Assembly (NCBI RefSeq): GCF_009914755.1
Contig: NC_060937.1
Strand: one strand, 5' to 3'
Length of the DNA stretch: 64,000 bases
Origin: the human T2T-CHM13v2.0 reference genome, Homo sapiens
The translations under genes and the position numbers were made by a program. This document shows positions 1-17,145 of the stretch, in pieces. The notes beneath the pieces were generated by a model, which was not told the DNA's origin, ran no database searches, and saw only the letters and a program-made list of their open reading frames with translations. Position 1 is the first letter of the stretch. Each line of letters opens with the position of its first letter.

Positions 1-423
1 GACTGAATGCAATTGAAGGTGACTTAATGCAATGCTTAACTCTGGACCGGGAACAAAATAGCTACAGAGGACATTGAACAGCTGATGAAATTTGAAAATA
101 GACTGTCAATTAAATGTCCTGATTTTTATAAGTGTTTTTTGATTATATAAGATGTACCTTTGTTCTTAGGAAATGTGTGCTAAATATTTCAATGATAAAA
201 GGAGCACAGTATCTTCAATTGACTAAGAAGTGGTTTAGGAAAAATAAATAGTTAACTGTATATTATATAACCCTATATATTATGTATATTATCTATTATG
301 TATATGTAGAGAAATACATATAAAATAAAGACCTATAAATAATTGTTACTAAGTGTATATATATATGTGTGTGTGTATGTGTTCCTTGTACTATTCTTGA
401 AATTTCCCCATATCTGAAATTAC

Positions 424-777
424 GTAAAATAGTGATAAAAAAGAATACTCATTGACAGATGGTAAATGGGAAATGCATCAAAAATTGTATCTTCCCTATC
501 ATAATTTCTCAAATTTGTGTAGATGAGAAAATTGCAAATTGTCCAAAGATAGTGACAGTGAGTGAAGGTGTCTGAAATAAACAGCATAGGTATAAAAGGT
601 GGCTGAAAGATCAACACTTTCCTGTTCAAAAATGACAAGCAATCTATTGTGCAAAGCTTCCTGCATGGTAAAATGGATTTTAAATGTCCTAACATCACAT
701 ATTTTCATAAAGAGCACTCTGGCCCATAGAGCTGCTTGCTATATGACTACTAGAGATACGAAAGAATTTACTTCTTA
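424..777 (-). pseudogene. Candidate exon of fossil gene (354 bp, phase 0-0)
   Basis: Acceptor ...aagtgcAG, donor GTAATT; frame *QAALWARVLFMKICDVRTFKIHFTMQEALHNRLLVIFEQESVDLSATFYTYAVYFRHLHSL (ORF 499..717). Confidence 0.5.
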
Positions 778-991
778 CTGCACTTGATAAAATGACAGGA
801 AATGACAATTTAAAAATAAGATTGTCATTTTGTTTCAATTTTCAATCCAAGAAAACTCTTTATTTTCACCCCATGCCTATGAATGCTTGGAAGAAAATGT
901 GTCAAGACTTCGTACTAACACAGTTAGAATGCAACCTTTTGACTTATATCTTTTCCCCTATTATAGAAAATTCCTGGCATAAGTCACTTAC

Positions 992-1180
992 TTGAGTTCT
1001 GCTCTGAGTGATAAGATGCCCTTGGCAGCTTGAAGACTGTGAGATGATAGGCTATAAAACACTGAATCTGGGAAGGACATTGTTGGGTAAATACTGTGTT
1101 ATGAATTTGTGCTTGGGGCTGAGCCAAATGTGGAAGGACGCCAGTCTACAGCTCAGTCAGTATTAGTGACATCCAACAAG
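992..1180 (-). pseudogene. Candidate exon of fossil gene (189 bp, phase 0-0)
   Basis: Acceptor tgtttccccAG, donor CAA|GTAAGT; frame LSCRLASFHIWLSPKHKFITQYLPNNVLPRFSVL with stops. Confidence 0.55.
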
Positions 1181-1611
1181 CTGGGGAAACAGCATTCCAT
1201 GACCATCAAAGTAGCAGCAGGCACAACGTTAGTGAAGAAGCATTCTAGTGTTTTGTTTTGTTTTGTTTTAATACATATTATAGTGAGAGTAGGGAAATAA
1301 TGGAGAAATTAGCTCACATGAGCACTGTGGCATATTTCATTTTGTTTTTCATACTAACCCAGGGAAATAGAAATAATCATACTTTTTTTTTTATAAAAGT
1401 GACAATAGATTCAACGAGGTTAAGCGTATCACTGAAGCTGCACAGTTATTGTGGAATGGAGTCGGGATTCAAATCTATTCTGCTGTTCCACGCCAAAGCC
1501 TACGTTCAATCCCTATGCCACAGTGCATCCTCCAAGAGACGCAGTGATAGTCTTAACTCTCCCTCAGAAAAAAATGTTGAAAAAGAAAAACAGCTGACAC
1601 AATTTTCTTAC

Positions 1612-2836
1612 TTCTTTTCCTCTGAGGTCTTGTCTTAGGCAAGCTGCCATTACTTCGAATTGGGAAGCGACTCTCCTGAAGGTGCCAGGAAAGTTCACGT
1701 GTGAAGGGTGAAGGGGTGGCCTGCCCCTCCACACTTGTGGGCGTTTCTCATCAGGTGGAACGAGACTTGAGAAAAGAAAGAGACACGGAGACAAAGTATA
1801 GAGAAAGAAAAGTGGACCCGGGGAACTGGCGCTCAGCATACAGAGGACCCGCGCCAGCACCAGTCTTTGAGTTCCCTTAGTATTTATTGATCGTTATCAG
1901 GCGTTTCTCGGAAAGGGGAATGTGGCAGGACAATAGGGGAATAGTGGGGAGAGGGTCAGCAGGAAAACATGTGAACAAATGTCTCTGCCTCATAAACAAG
2001 GTAAAGAAAAAAGTGCTGTGCTTTTGATGTGCATATACATAAACATCTCAATGCCTTAAAGAGCAGTATTGCTGCCAGCATATCCCACCTCCAGCCCTAA
2101 GCGGTTTTCCCCTATCTCAGTAGATGGAATATACAATTGGGCTTTACACCGAGACATTCCATTGCCCAGGGACGAGCAGGAGACAGATGCCTTCCTCTTA
2201 TCTCAACTGCAAAGAGGCCTTCCTTCCTCTTCTATTAATCCTCCTCAGCACAGACCGTTTATGGGTGTCGAGCTGGGGGATGGTCAGGTCTTTCCCTTCC
2301 CACGAGGCCATATTTCAGACTATCACATGGGGAGAAACCTTAGACAATACCTGGCTTTCCTAGGCAGAGGTCCCTGCGGGCTTCCGCAGTGTTTGTGTCT
2401 CTGGGTACTTGAGATTAGGGAGTGGTGATGACTCTTAAGGAGCATGCTGCCTTCAAGCGTTTGTTTAACAAAGCACATCCTGCACAGCCCTTAATCCATT
2501 TAACCCTGAGTTGACACAGCACATGTTTCAGGGAGCACACGTTGGCGGTAGGGTTACAGATTAACAGCATCTCAAGGCAGAAGAATTTGTCTTAGTACAG
2601 AACAAAATGGAGTCTCTTATGTCTACTTCTCTCTACATAGACACAGTAACAGTCTGATCTCTCTTTCTTTTCCCCACACACGTGGCAGGGAGCGTAGCCA
2701 AGGTCACCGGGGGCAGAGTGTCATTACCCATGGATATTCCAGCCTGAAGTGCTGCTAGTTTCAATGCCAGGCCTACACTGGCGCGGATAAAATAAAGTGC
2801 AATTTTAACTCTGCCGACAAAGAGCTCTTCCCTCTT
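1612..2836 (-). pseudogene. Candidate exon of fossil gene split by the LTR5 insertion (242 bp without LTR and one TSD)
   Basis: Acceptor tgtttttatttAG, donor GAA|GTAAGA; KREELFVGRVKIALYFIRASVGLALKLAALQAGISMG/(one frameshift)/PGDLGYAPCHVNFPGTFRRVASQFEVMAACLRQDLRGKE, no stops. Confidence 0.65.
1702..2678 (-). mobile_element. HERV-K(HML-2) solo LTR, LTR5B/LTR5A-like
   Basis: Minus strand starts TGTGGGGAAAAGAAAGAGAGATCAGACTGTTACTG, U5 end GGCAGGCCACCCCTTCA; 6-bp TSD CACGTG at 1696-1701 and 2679-2684. Confidence 0.95.
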
Positions 2837-3003
2837 CTAAATAAAAACATAGCTCGTTTGGGATTCAAGTAAAGGTGAGAAATAGAAAAGTACCCAGTAA
2901 GATTTACAGGTAAGGAAAATAAAGTTTTTCAATAGGAGTTAAGCTACTAAAATTTACACAGAATCAATGAGAAAAAGCCATTGAATACCTACAGTAATAC
3001 TAG

Positions 3004-3400
<397 letters not shown>

Positions 3401-3679
3401 CTCATAGTAATCTTATGAGGTAAATTTTATTAATTAAATTTCACAAAGCAAAATGAGGTTTAGAAAAAAATAATTAACTTGGCCAAATTCCACAGCTGGT
3501 AAGCAGGCCATATTCAAACCTAGGCTGGCAAACACCAAAGTCTTTGCTCTCACCTCTAGGCTGTGTTGGCTGTAAATGTGCTACCAAAGTGTTGGGAGAA
3601 CCTCAGATCTTAATCATGGTGGCATCCCTGGCAAGTGACTATAATGTATGCAGTAGAAATACAATCTACACTATTTTAC

Positions 3680-3918
3680 CTATGGGGAAAAACAATATGA
3701 AAAAGAGAATTATCACACTATTGAATAGAAAAGAGCATCCAAAAACTGGGTGTTGGCAATGTTCACTCGAAACTGTTCCAAGAAGATGTAGATTGACCTT
3801 GAGATTAAAAATTTGTAGCACATGAAGAGGAGTCTTCTGTTGTGGAACAAAAATAGTTCATTTGGCATCATTTCATAGCTTGGTGAAATAGCTCTCAAAT
3901 GTATTGACTGTTTTTTCT
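3680..3918 (-). pseudogene. Weak candidate exon of fossil gene
   Basis: Weak acceptor, donor GTAAAA; ORF 3713..3898 (..IFLEQFRVNIANTQFLDALFYSIV). Confidence 0.35.
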
Positions 3919-4021
3919 CTAATTATATAATCACCGAGCAATATTCTGAGTAACCAAGAAATAGTACAGTGTGTATACCATTGTATTTTATGAAAACAAA
4001 TTATGCAATCAGAAGTAGTGC

Positions 4022-4312
<291 letters not shown>

Positions 4313-4427
4313 AAGTAGTGCAATTTTTAAAATAAAATTGAAATTTATGTGCAAATGCTGAAAGATATTAAATCTTACAAAAATTTAATTCTTAAAGAAA
4401 AAGGGGTGATTTTAAACCTTGCCTTGC

Positions 4428-4602
4428 CTGTGTCTTTGCTGTAGATGGAACTACCTTAGTTAGAAGCAGAAAGGCTTCCTGCTCCTTTTCAATATTATCA
4501 GATCCACGGTGCTTTTTAAAGACATCAGCACTTTCTTACAGTGATTTAGGGATTATGATGCTTTTATTTTAATGTTCATTACAAATGCAATTTAAAATAA
4601 TT
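4428..4602 (-). pseudogene. Weak candidate exon of fossil gene
   Basis: Frame ESADVFKKHRGSDNIEKEQEAFLLLTKVVPSTAKTQ ending at CAG|GCAAGG (GC or decayed donor); 5' boundary uncertain. Confidence 0.35.
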
Positions 4603-4727
4603 CTATGTACTATGATAATATTATCCAAATATTCATTAAGTGGTAGTGGCAGTATAAGAATACAAAACCAGACTTCCAAATCAATGATTCTTAGTAAGAT
4701 AAAACAATTTTTTAAAAAGGAACATAT

Positions 4728-5029
4728 GACTGGGTGCGGTGGCTCATGCCTGTAATCCCAGAACTTTGGGATATCGAGGCAGATGGATCACCTGAGGTCA
4801 GAAGTTCGAGACTAGCCTGGCCAACATGGCAAAACCCCTTCTCCACTAAAAATACAAAAATTAGCTGGGGTTGGTGGTCTGCGCCTGTAATATCAGCTAC
4901 TCAAGAGGCTGAGGCAGTGGAATCCCTTGGACCTGGGAGATGTAGGTTGCAGTGAGCTGCGATCACACCACTATACTCCAGCCTGGGAGACAAAGTGAGA
5001 TTCTGTCTCAAAAGAAAAAAAAAAAAAAA
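4728..5029 (+). mobile_element. AluS-type SINE
   Basis: Alu dimer with poly(A). Confidence 0.93.
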
Positions 5030-5101
5030 GGACCATATACGTGTCGGTTAATGTTAGAGACAATGTTCTGAAAATAAAGAAACAGCATTAAAGAAGCACA
5101 C

Positions 5102-5173
5102 CTGCAGCACCTTCGTGTTGGCAAAGATCACTGTACATCAGCCAAAGATAATGAAAACCTTCTCATGGCATAG
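5102..5173 (-). pseudogene. Candidate exon of fossil gene (72 bp, phase 0-0)
   Basis: Acceptor tgtttattttgcAG, donor CAG|GTGTGC; LCHEKVFIIFG*CTVIFANTKVLQ. Confidence 0.55.
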
Positions 5174-5455
5174 CTGCAAAATAAACATCATAGCAATATT
5201 CTCTTATGCTTTGTTTTCAGTAGATTTTTAAGCTCTGTAAAAAGTATTAAACTTAACTTGCATTTGCTTCTATGTAAAAGTTACTCTTGGGTTACCCAAG
5301 TTTTGAATTGTGAAGGTTTAAAGTAGGAATTCCCATCATAAAATAGGACAATCATATTTTGATGCAGAGAGACATACCATACCATAGATAGGTGAAAAAT
5401 TATTCCAGTCATAAGAAAGAAAAACCTCTTTTAGAAATTAGTGAAGTATTTGTAC

Positions 5456-5948
<493 letters not shown>

Positions 5949-6404
5949 CTTATGACAAAGACAAACAACATTCCCTTTCTACTCTAATTTCATACCATCC
6001 ATTAAAACTATTTAATCACAGAGAAAGAAAAAAATTTTAATAAAACATAACCCTTACAGACCACAAGAGACAGACTAAAACCAACAGTATATGGGCAATA
6101 ATATAGTATTGTCTTCTGGTGGAAAGTGTATTGCTGGAAAGCACATTCCTGAAGCTTTTTCTACTTTCTGTACTTTACCTTCCTATCTAATTTAGGTTTT
6201 CTGTTGCTAGGAAAGAGATGCTTCTATCCATGTGAGAACAGTATTTACAGCTCTTCAGGAAATTGTTGCCACTTATATAAAATACCAGTAACAATGACAG
6301 AAAATATTTTCATTTTCTCCTGGTGACTTTGTTCCCACTTTTACTTCAATAAGACTACCGTTAATCTAATTTCAGAAAAAAAGGGCTGTAGTGGCCTCAT
6401 CTAA

Positions 6405-6763
<359 letters not shown>

Positions 6764-7420
6764 TGTTTTCATATTTTTTATTTGACATATTGTAAGTTTA
6801 CATATTTATGGAGTACAACTTGATGTTTTGGTATACATCCATGTTGTATAATGATGAAATCAGGGTAGTTAGTATACAGATACCTCAAATATGTACCATT
6901 TATTTGTGATGAGAATATCCAAAGCCTCTCTTCTATTTTGTAATATACAATATTTTACTGTTAACCATAGTTACCCTCTGGTGCAATAGGACACCAGAAT
7001 TTACTCATCCTATCAAATTGTAACTTTGTACCTATTCACCAGCCTCTCCATTTCTCCTTGGCATCCTTTTCCCCTCTCCAATCTCTAGTAGCCACTGTAT
7101 ACTCTCTGCTTCTATGACATCAACGTTTTCTTTTTGGGAGGATTCTACATATAAGTGAGACCATATGGTATTTGTCTTTCTGTGTCTGCCTTACTTCACG
7201 TAACATTATCTCCTCCAGCTTCATCCATATTGTCACAGATGGCAAGGTTTTATTCTTTCTTATGGCTGAATAGTATTCCATTGCATATATATACCACATT
7301 ATCAATTTATCTGTGGATGGACACTTAGGCTGATTCTCTATCTTGGCTATTGTAAATAGTACTGCAATAAACATGGGAGTGTAGATATCTCTTTAATATA
7401 CTGATTTTATTTCCTTTTGA

Positions 7421-7769
<349 letters not shown>

Positions 7770-9107
7770 TAATCCCACCAATAATATGCAAGTGTTCCCT
7801 TTTCACCACGTGCTTAGCAACACTTTTCATTGTTTATCTTTTTAATACTAGTCATTCTAACTAGAGTGAGGAGGTATCTCATTTTGGTTCTGATTTGTAT
7901 TTCCCTGATTATTAACGGCATTGAGCACTTTTTTAATATATCTGTTGGTCTTTAAATAAGACCTCAAAAGCACTGGCCACGAAAGCAAACATAGACAAAT
8001 GGGATTACATCAAACTAAAAGGATTTTGCACAGCAAAGGAAACTACTAACAGAGTGAAGATAACCTACAGAATGTGAGAAAATATTTACAAACTATACAT
8101 CTGACAAGGGGTTAATATTCAGAATATATAAGGAAGCTAAACAACTCAATACCAAGAAAAAAAACACAAATAATCTTATTTTAAAATCAGCAACATCAAT
8201 GGCTGATTAGATGAAGGAACTGTGGTACATATACACCATGGAATACTATGCAGCCATTAAAAAACACAAGATCATGTCTTTTGCAGGAACATGGATGGAG
8301 GTGGAGCCCATTATTCTTAGCAAACTAACACAAGAACAGAAAACTAAATACTGGCTGTTGCATTTACAGGTGGGAGCTAAATGATGAGAACATATGGACA
8401 GGAGGAGGGGAAGAACAGACACTGGGGCCTATTGGAGGGTGGAGAGGGAAGGAGAGAGAAGATCAGAAAAATAACTATTGGGTATTAGGCTTAATATTTG
8501 AGTGACAAAATAATCTGTACAACAAATCCCCATGACACAAGTTTACCTATAGAATAGACCTGCACATATACCCCTGAACCTAAAAGTTTTTTTAAAAAAA
8601 ATGGGCAAAAGACCTCAAGCTGGAAGCCATCATTCTCAGCAAACTAACACAGAAACAGAAAACCAAATACCCCATGTTCTCACTCATAAGTGGGAGTTGA
8701 ACAGTGAGAACACATGGGCACAGAGAGGGGAACATCACATACTGGGGCATGTCAGTGGGTGGGGGCCAAGGAGAGGGAGAGCATTAGGACAAATATCTAA
8801 TGCATGCAGGGCTTAAAACCTAGGTTGATAGGTGCAGCAAACCACCATGGCACATGTATACCTGTGTAACATTTACATAGACATTTCTCAAGGGAAGACA
8901 TAAAGGACACATTTTAAAAGCCCTAATAAAATTATTAGTTCAGCTTCCAGTTATTCCTTATTATTGGTCTTGCTTTAACCTTGTACCCAGGTTTCTACAA
9001 CTAGGCCACCTCCTTGCTTTCTAGTTTCAACAAATAAGCCCGTCTTATCCTGCTCTGTTAACATGATAGAGTGGATTTTTTACCATAAAAAAAAAAAAAA
9101 AAAAGGA

Positions 9108-10091
<984 letters not shown>

Positions 10092-10283
10092 GAAGGGAAA
10101 TGAAGCCAATTTCATTTGGCTGTCATGAGCATCTAAGATGTTGAATATATGGTGCCTGAAATAGTGTGGGAGCATAGCTGATACGCCACGGATGCAGATT
10201 ATTACTCCTACATCATCTGAGCCTCTGCCATAGTTCCTTGTTTTGTACCCTCGAAGACTTAAAAAACCAGAGTAAAGTCTTCT

Positions 10284-10946
<663 letters not shown>

Positions 10947-11259
10947 AACCAGAGAAAAGTCTTCTATATGACTACATCCATATCAGAGTTCCCTTACCAA
11001 GCACCAGACTTACCAGCTAGGAGACACTTGGAACTCCTCCCTTCCCCCAGTCATTAAAACACACCTTGAAGAATTTCTGCTATAGGAATTTATACTGTCA
11101 AGGCTGTGGTTCGCATTTCTAGTGGGATTCTGTCTCTTAGCTATTCTTTTTTTCCCAATATCCTTAAATGTAAGAAGGGCTTCCATTTAGGAGGGTCTTA
11201 GCCTTCTCTATTTCTGTGGTTATCCTTGCATGAAAACTTGGCATATATTTGAGTGATGT

Positions 11260-14200
11260 CATGCTCAAAGTTGGAAGCTGCAGGCATCAGACTTTACCAA
11301 AATAGCTATTCAATTGGTAAAGAACTATCAGAATCAACTATTTTGCAACTCTAGAGTCTATTTGAACCCTTGAGTATCCAAGAAAGCATATGAAGAAGAA
11401 ATATATTGGTAAATTTCAGTGAATTTTGGCATTTTGAATAAGAGCTACTATTCCACAACCTCTAGCCCAATTTCAGGGAACTGTGGGGATGGCAGACAAT
11501 ATTCCTATTGAAGCTGGTAGGTGCCAGGACAGGAAGTAAAAACGTTATCCTCTAAAAATTGGAGTTGCATGTTTTGATCTGCCTGTTCAGTGAAGAACCA
11601 GCTTGGAGGCTGACTGTCATTTTAACTGCCTTAGGCTGAATCAGAATCCCTGGCCTCTACTGAAAAAATTTAAAGAGACGAGACATATTTTTAAAATTTT
11701 CTTATTGGATCAAGCACTTAAGAAATCTCTGTCAAGTCATCGGCTGGCCTTGGAGAAGATGGGACAAAGACTACGGTAACCACACATAAGCATGAATATA
11801 ATCGTTGTAAAAATTGCCTTGCAAGTTATTAAAGATGACAGGAGCTCTCAATGAGTAACAATGACAACTTCTGGAGAAAAAAAATATGGCATCCAGAATT
11901 TGAACATTATAAATTACAGTGTCTAGTTTTCAACAAATAATTCTAAAGTATACAAAGGAAAAGGAAATCATGACCCATTCACAGAGAAATAAACAGAAGA
12001 AATTGACACAAACTATTCCTGAGGATACCCAGACATTGGGCTCATTAGACAGACTTTAAATTAAATGTCTTAAATATGCTTAAAGACCTTAAAAAAAAAC
12101 ACAGAAAATAACTAAAAGTGGGGGGAGTAGAACCATGAATTAACAACTAGGGAATATCAACAAAGGAATGGACATTAGTTTAAAAGGACCAAATAGAAAT
12201 CCTGAAGCTTTTGCGATATAATAGCTGAAATTAAAAAATGCACAAGTGGAGTTTAATGGTCTATTTCAGCAGATAGAAGAAAGAATCAGTGAACTCAAAG
12301 ACAGGGCAACTGAAATGATTCAGTTTGTGGAAAAGAAAGAACAGAGAATAAAGAAAAATAATCAGAGTCTAAGAAACATATGAGACACCATCAGGCACAC
12401 CAGCTTATTATGGATTATGGACATTCCAGAAGGAGAAGAAAGACAAACATTGAGACAAATGTATGTAAAAAATAATGGCTGAAAACTTCCAAAATTTGAA
12501 GAAAGACATGAATCTACACATACAGGAAGCTAAGTGAAATCTAAGCAGGATAAATTCAGATATTCACACCAAGACACAGTATAATCAAACTGTCACAAGC
12601 CAAAGCCAAAAAAGAATCTTGAAAGCAGAAGGAGAGAATTAACTTGCTATACAAAAGAGATTTCCAATAAGATTAACAGCTGATTTCTCATCAGAAACCA
12701 CACAGACAAGAAGGTAGTAGGATGATGTGCTCAAACAAACAAACAAAAAAACACTGCCTAACAAGAATTCTATGCTTGGTAACTTTAAAAATGAAGGAGA
12801 AATTAAGACATTCTCAGATAAACAAGAGCTAAGGGAGTTTGTTGCTAGAAGATACCCTTACTCTATAAGAAATGCTGAAGAGAGTTATTCAGAATGAAAC
12901 AAAATATATCAGATAGTAACTCAAAGCTATATAAAGAAATAAAGATCACTGGTAAAGGTAACTATATAATACATAGGTAAATATAAAAGCTAATATTTTT
13001 CCGTTTTTGTTTCTTGTATGATTAAAACTTGTAGAAAACAATTACTATCCCAGCTACTCAAGAGGCTGAGGCAGACAACTGCTTGAACCCGGGAGGCAGA
13101 GGTTGCAGTGAGCCAAGATTATTACACCACTGCACTCCAGCCTGGTGACAAAGTGAGACTCCATCTCAAAAAAAAAAAATCTCAAACCAAAAACCTAACT
13201 TTACACTTTAAGGAACTTAAAAAAAAGAAAAGTAAATTAGGCCCATAGTTAGCATAAGGAAAAAATAAGAATTATGTCAGAGATAAACAAAATGAACAAT
13301 AAGAAAATTATAAGAAGAACCAAAAAGTTGGTGCTTTGAAATAGAAACAAAACTGGCAAATCTCAGGCTAGACTGACAAAGAAAAAATAAAGAAAAGTCA
13401 CAAGTAACTAAAATCAGAAATGACGGTGGGGACTAGTTTCTGCTGACATTACATAAATAGAAGAGATTTCAAGAGAATACTACAAAAAATTGTACACTAA
13501 CAAATTATGTAACCTAGAGAAATTTCTAGATACACAGAAGTCACCAAAACTGATTCAAGAAGGAATAGAAAATCTTAAAAACCTACAACAAGTACAGAAA
13601 TTAGTTAGTAACTGAAAATCTCCCAATAAAGAAAAGTCCAGGACCAAATGATTTCACTGGTGAATTCAATTAAACATTTAAGGAAGATTTAATACCAATT
13701 CTGCTTAAGTCTTCCAAAAACTAGAAAAGGAAAATCTTCCTAATACATTCTATGAAGTCAGCATTATTCTGACACCAAAACCAGGCAAAAATGCCAAGAG
13801 AACACTAAACTATAGAGAAATATTCCTGAAGAATACTAATACAAAACTGCTTAAAAAAAGAAAAACTTGAAAACTCGATTCAGGAGCATATTAAAGGATT
13901 ATACATCATGACCAAGTGAGATTTATCCCAGTCATGCAAGGGTGATTAAACAAAAAGAAATCAGTTGATGTATTATACTAAATTAATAAAATGAAGGAAA
14001 AATGATCTTAATTAATGCAGAAAAAGCATTTAACAAAATTCAACACCTTTATGTGATAAAAACACTCAGCAAACTAGAAACAGAAAAAGAACTTTCATAA
14101 TATGATAAAGGATGTTTATGGAAAATGCCCTTTATCCACAACTAGCCATTTCACTTCTTGAAGAAAGACTGAAATCTTTCCTCCTGATATCAGAAACAAG

Positions 14201-17145
14201 TGTGCTCACTTTTCACCACTGCTATGGAACATTGTACTGGAAGTCCTATCTATAGTAATTAGGCAAGAAAAATAAAAATCATCCAAATTGGAAATGAAAG
14301 CAAAATATCTCTATTTGCAAATGACATGATTCTATCTGTAGAGTACCACAGAGTATACACCACAAAACTAGTAGATCTAATAAACACATTCAACAAAGTT
14401 GCAGGGCACAAGATCAACACTCAACAATCCACTAATATACCAGCAATGAATCAATGTGAAAAGGTAAATAAAACAATATTATTTATAGTAGTACCTAAAA
14501 GAATACCTATATACCTAGAAATACATTTAACCAGGAAAGTAAAAGAAATGAAACCAAGAAAGTGAAAGTATATACTGAAAACTACAAAACATTGCTAAAA
14601 GAAATTCAAGAAGACCTAAATAATAGAAAGACATCTCATGTTCATCGATTGGAATACAATATTGTTAAGATATTAATATTCCCCAAGCAATCTACAAATT
14701 CAATGCAAGTGTTATAAAGATATTAATGGCCCTTTTACATAAATAGAAAAGCAGCCCTTCACATTTATATGGAGATGTGTAGCCAAAACAATATTGAAAA
14801 ACAAAACAATGGTGGAGGACTCACACTTCCCAATTTCTTAGATGCAATAATCAAAACAATGTCATACTGGCATAAAGACAGACATACAACCAATGAAAAT
14901 AAAAGTAAAAATCTAGAAATAAACCCAAGTATCTACAATGACCACTTTAGTTCAACAAACCTGTCAAGGTCATTCTTTGGAGGAAAATAATCTCTTCAAG
15001 AAATGGTGCTGGTGTGGCCGAGCGCGGTGGCTCACACCTGTAATCCCAGCTCTTTGGGAGGCTGAGGCAGGTGGATCAGGAGGTCAGAAGATCAAGACCA
15101 TCCTGGCTAACACAGTGAAACTGCGTCTCTACTAAAAATACAAAAAATTAGCTGGGTGTGGTGGTGGGAACCTGTAGCCACAGCTACTCGGGAGACTGAG
15201 GCAGGAGAATGGTGTGAACCCAGGAGGCGGAGGTTGCAAATTGAGCCGAGATCGCACCACTGCACTCCAGCCTGGGCGACAGAGTGAGACTCCGTTTCAA
15301 AAAAAAAAAGAAATGGTGCTGGGGCATTTGGATGTAAACATCCAAAAGAATGAAGCTGAACCTGAACTACCTCCATATACAAAAGTCTACTCAGGATAGA
15401 TCAATGTCATAAGTATAAGAGCTAAAACTATAACATCACTAGGACAAAACCTAGGGGTTAATATTCAAGACCTTGGACTTATGGGACACATAAAGATTCT
15501 TAGGTTTTTACATAAAAGAACAAGCAGCAAAAGAAAGTTGATAAATCGCACCTTATCAAAATTAAAAACATTTGTGCATCAAAGAACATTGATAGTGAAA
15601 AAGCAAGACAGAAAACATTTGAAAATCATACATCTGATAGAGGTTTAGCATAATACAGAATATATAAAGAATGCTTACAATTCAAACACCAAAAGATAAC
15701 TCAATTAAAGATGAGCAAAGGTCTGGTTTGTTTGTTTGTTTTGTTTTATTTTGAGACGTAATATCATTCTTGTTGCCCAGGCTGGAGTGCAATGGTGCAA
15801 TCCCGGCTCACTGCAACCTCCACCTCCCCAGGTTCCAGTGATTCTCCTACCTCAGCCTCCCAAATAGTTGGGGTTACAGGTGCCCACAACCAAGCCCAGA
15901 TAATTTTTGTGTATTTTTATTAGAGATGGGGTTTCACCATTTTGGCCAGGCTGATCTCAAACTCTTGACCTCAGGTAATCCTCCCACCTCAGCCTCCCCA
16001 AGTGCTGGGATTACAGACATGAGCCATCATGCTCGGCCAGGCAAAAGTCTTTAATGGGGATTTCTCCAATGCTATACAAATGGCCAAGATACACATGAAA
16101 AGATGTCCATCGCTGGTCAGTAAAAAATGCACATGCCTGTAACCCCAGCACTTTGGGAGGCCAAGGCAGGAGGACTGCTGGAGTCCAGGAGTTCAAGACC
16201 AGCCTGAGAAACATAGTGAGACCCACCTCTACAAAAAATTTTTTAAAATTAGCCAGGCATGGTGGTGCATATTTGTGGGCCCAGCTACTCAGGAAGCTGA
16301 GGCAAGAGGATTACTTGAGCCCAGGAGTGAACTATGACTAAGCTGCATAACTAAGCTGCAGTGAACTATGACCACGCCATTATACTCCAGTCTAGGTGAC
16401 AGAGCATGACCCATCTCTACACTTCACAACCACTAGGATGTTTATAACGATAATTTTTAAACATGAAAAGTAACTAGTGCTGCACAAGAAATGGAGACAT
16501 AGAAATCCTCAAGCACTGCCTGTGGAAATCTAAAATGATGCAGTATTTATGACAGTTTGGTGGTTCCTCAAAAGTTAAACATAGAATTACATTACAACCC
16601 AGCAATTTTACTTCTCAATGTATACCTAAAAGAATTGAAAACGTACGCAAATAGCTGTACATGAATATTCATAGCATCACAATTTACAATAGCCAAAGGC
16701 GGAAAAAACTAAGTGTCTATTAACAGATAAATGGCGAAATGAACTGCGGAACATATATTCAGTAAAATATTCAGTCATGAGGAATGAAGTACTGATACGT
16801 GCTACAACTTTCATTAACACTGAAAACATTACAATAAGTAAAAGACGATAGACATAAAAGGTCACATATTGTGTAATTCCTTTTATATGGCATATCCAGA
16901 ATAAGCAAATACCAGAGACTGAAAGCAGATTTGTGGTTGCCAGGGATGGGGAAAGGGGAAAATGGGTAGTGGTTACTTAATGGGTGAGGGGGTGTTCTTC
17001 CGGGATGATAAAACAGCTTGTGACTAGAGAGATGTATTGGTATATAACACTGAATTCATCAAATACCACTAAACTGTATATTCTACAATGATTAATTGCT
17101 TATTATGTGAATTTCACCTCAATGAAAGCAAATTTTGCAAATTTG
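11260..17145 (+). mobile_element. Long degenerate L1M element (5'UTR, ORF1, ORF2 lacking the endonuclease region, 3'UTR) with four Alu insertions
   Basis: ORF1-like (ttctcatcagaaacc, gaaggagaaattaagacattc), RT-like (gcagaaaaagcatttaacaaaattcaacac, tttgcaaatgacatgatt); Alus at 13048-13179, 15016-15309, 15726-16040, 16130-16418. Confidence 0.85.

Noticed and set aside
1680-2715. PGDLGYAPCHVNFP resembles glutamine synthetase PG.WNGAGCHTNFS
   Set aside because: Short match only; flanking sequence and gene size do not fit.
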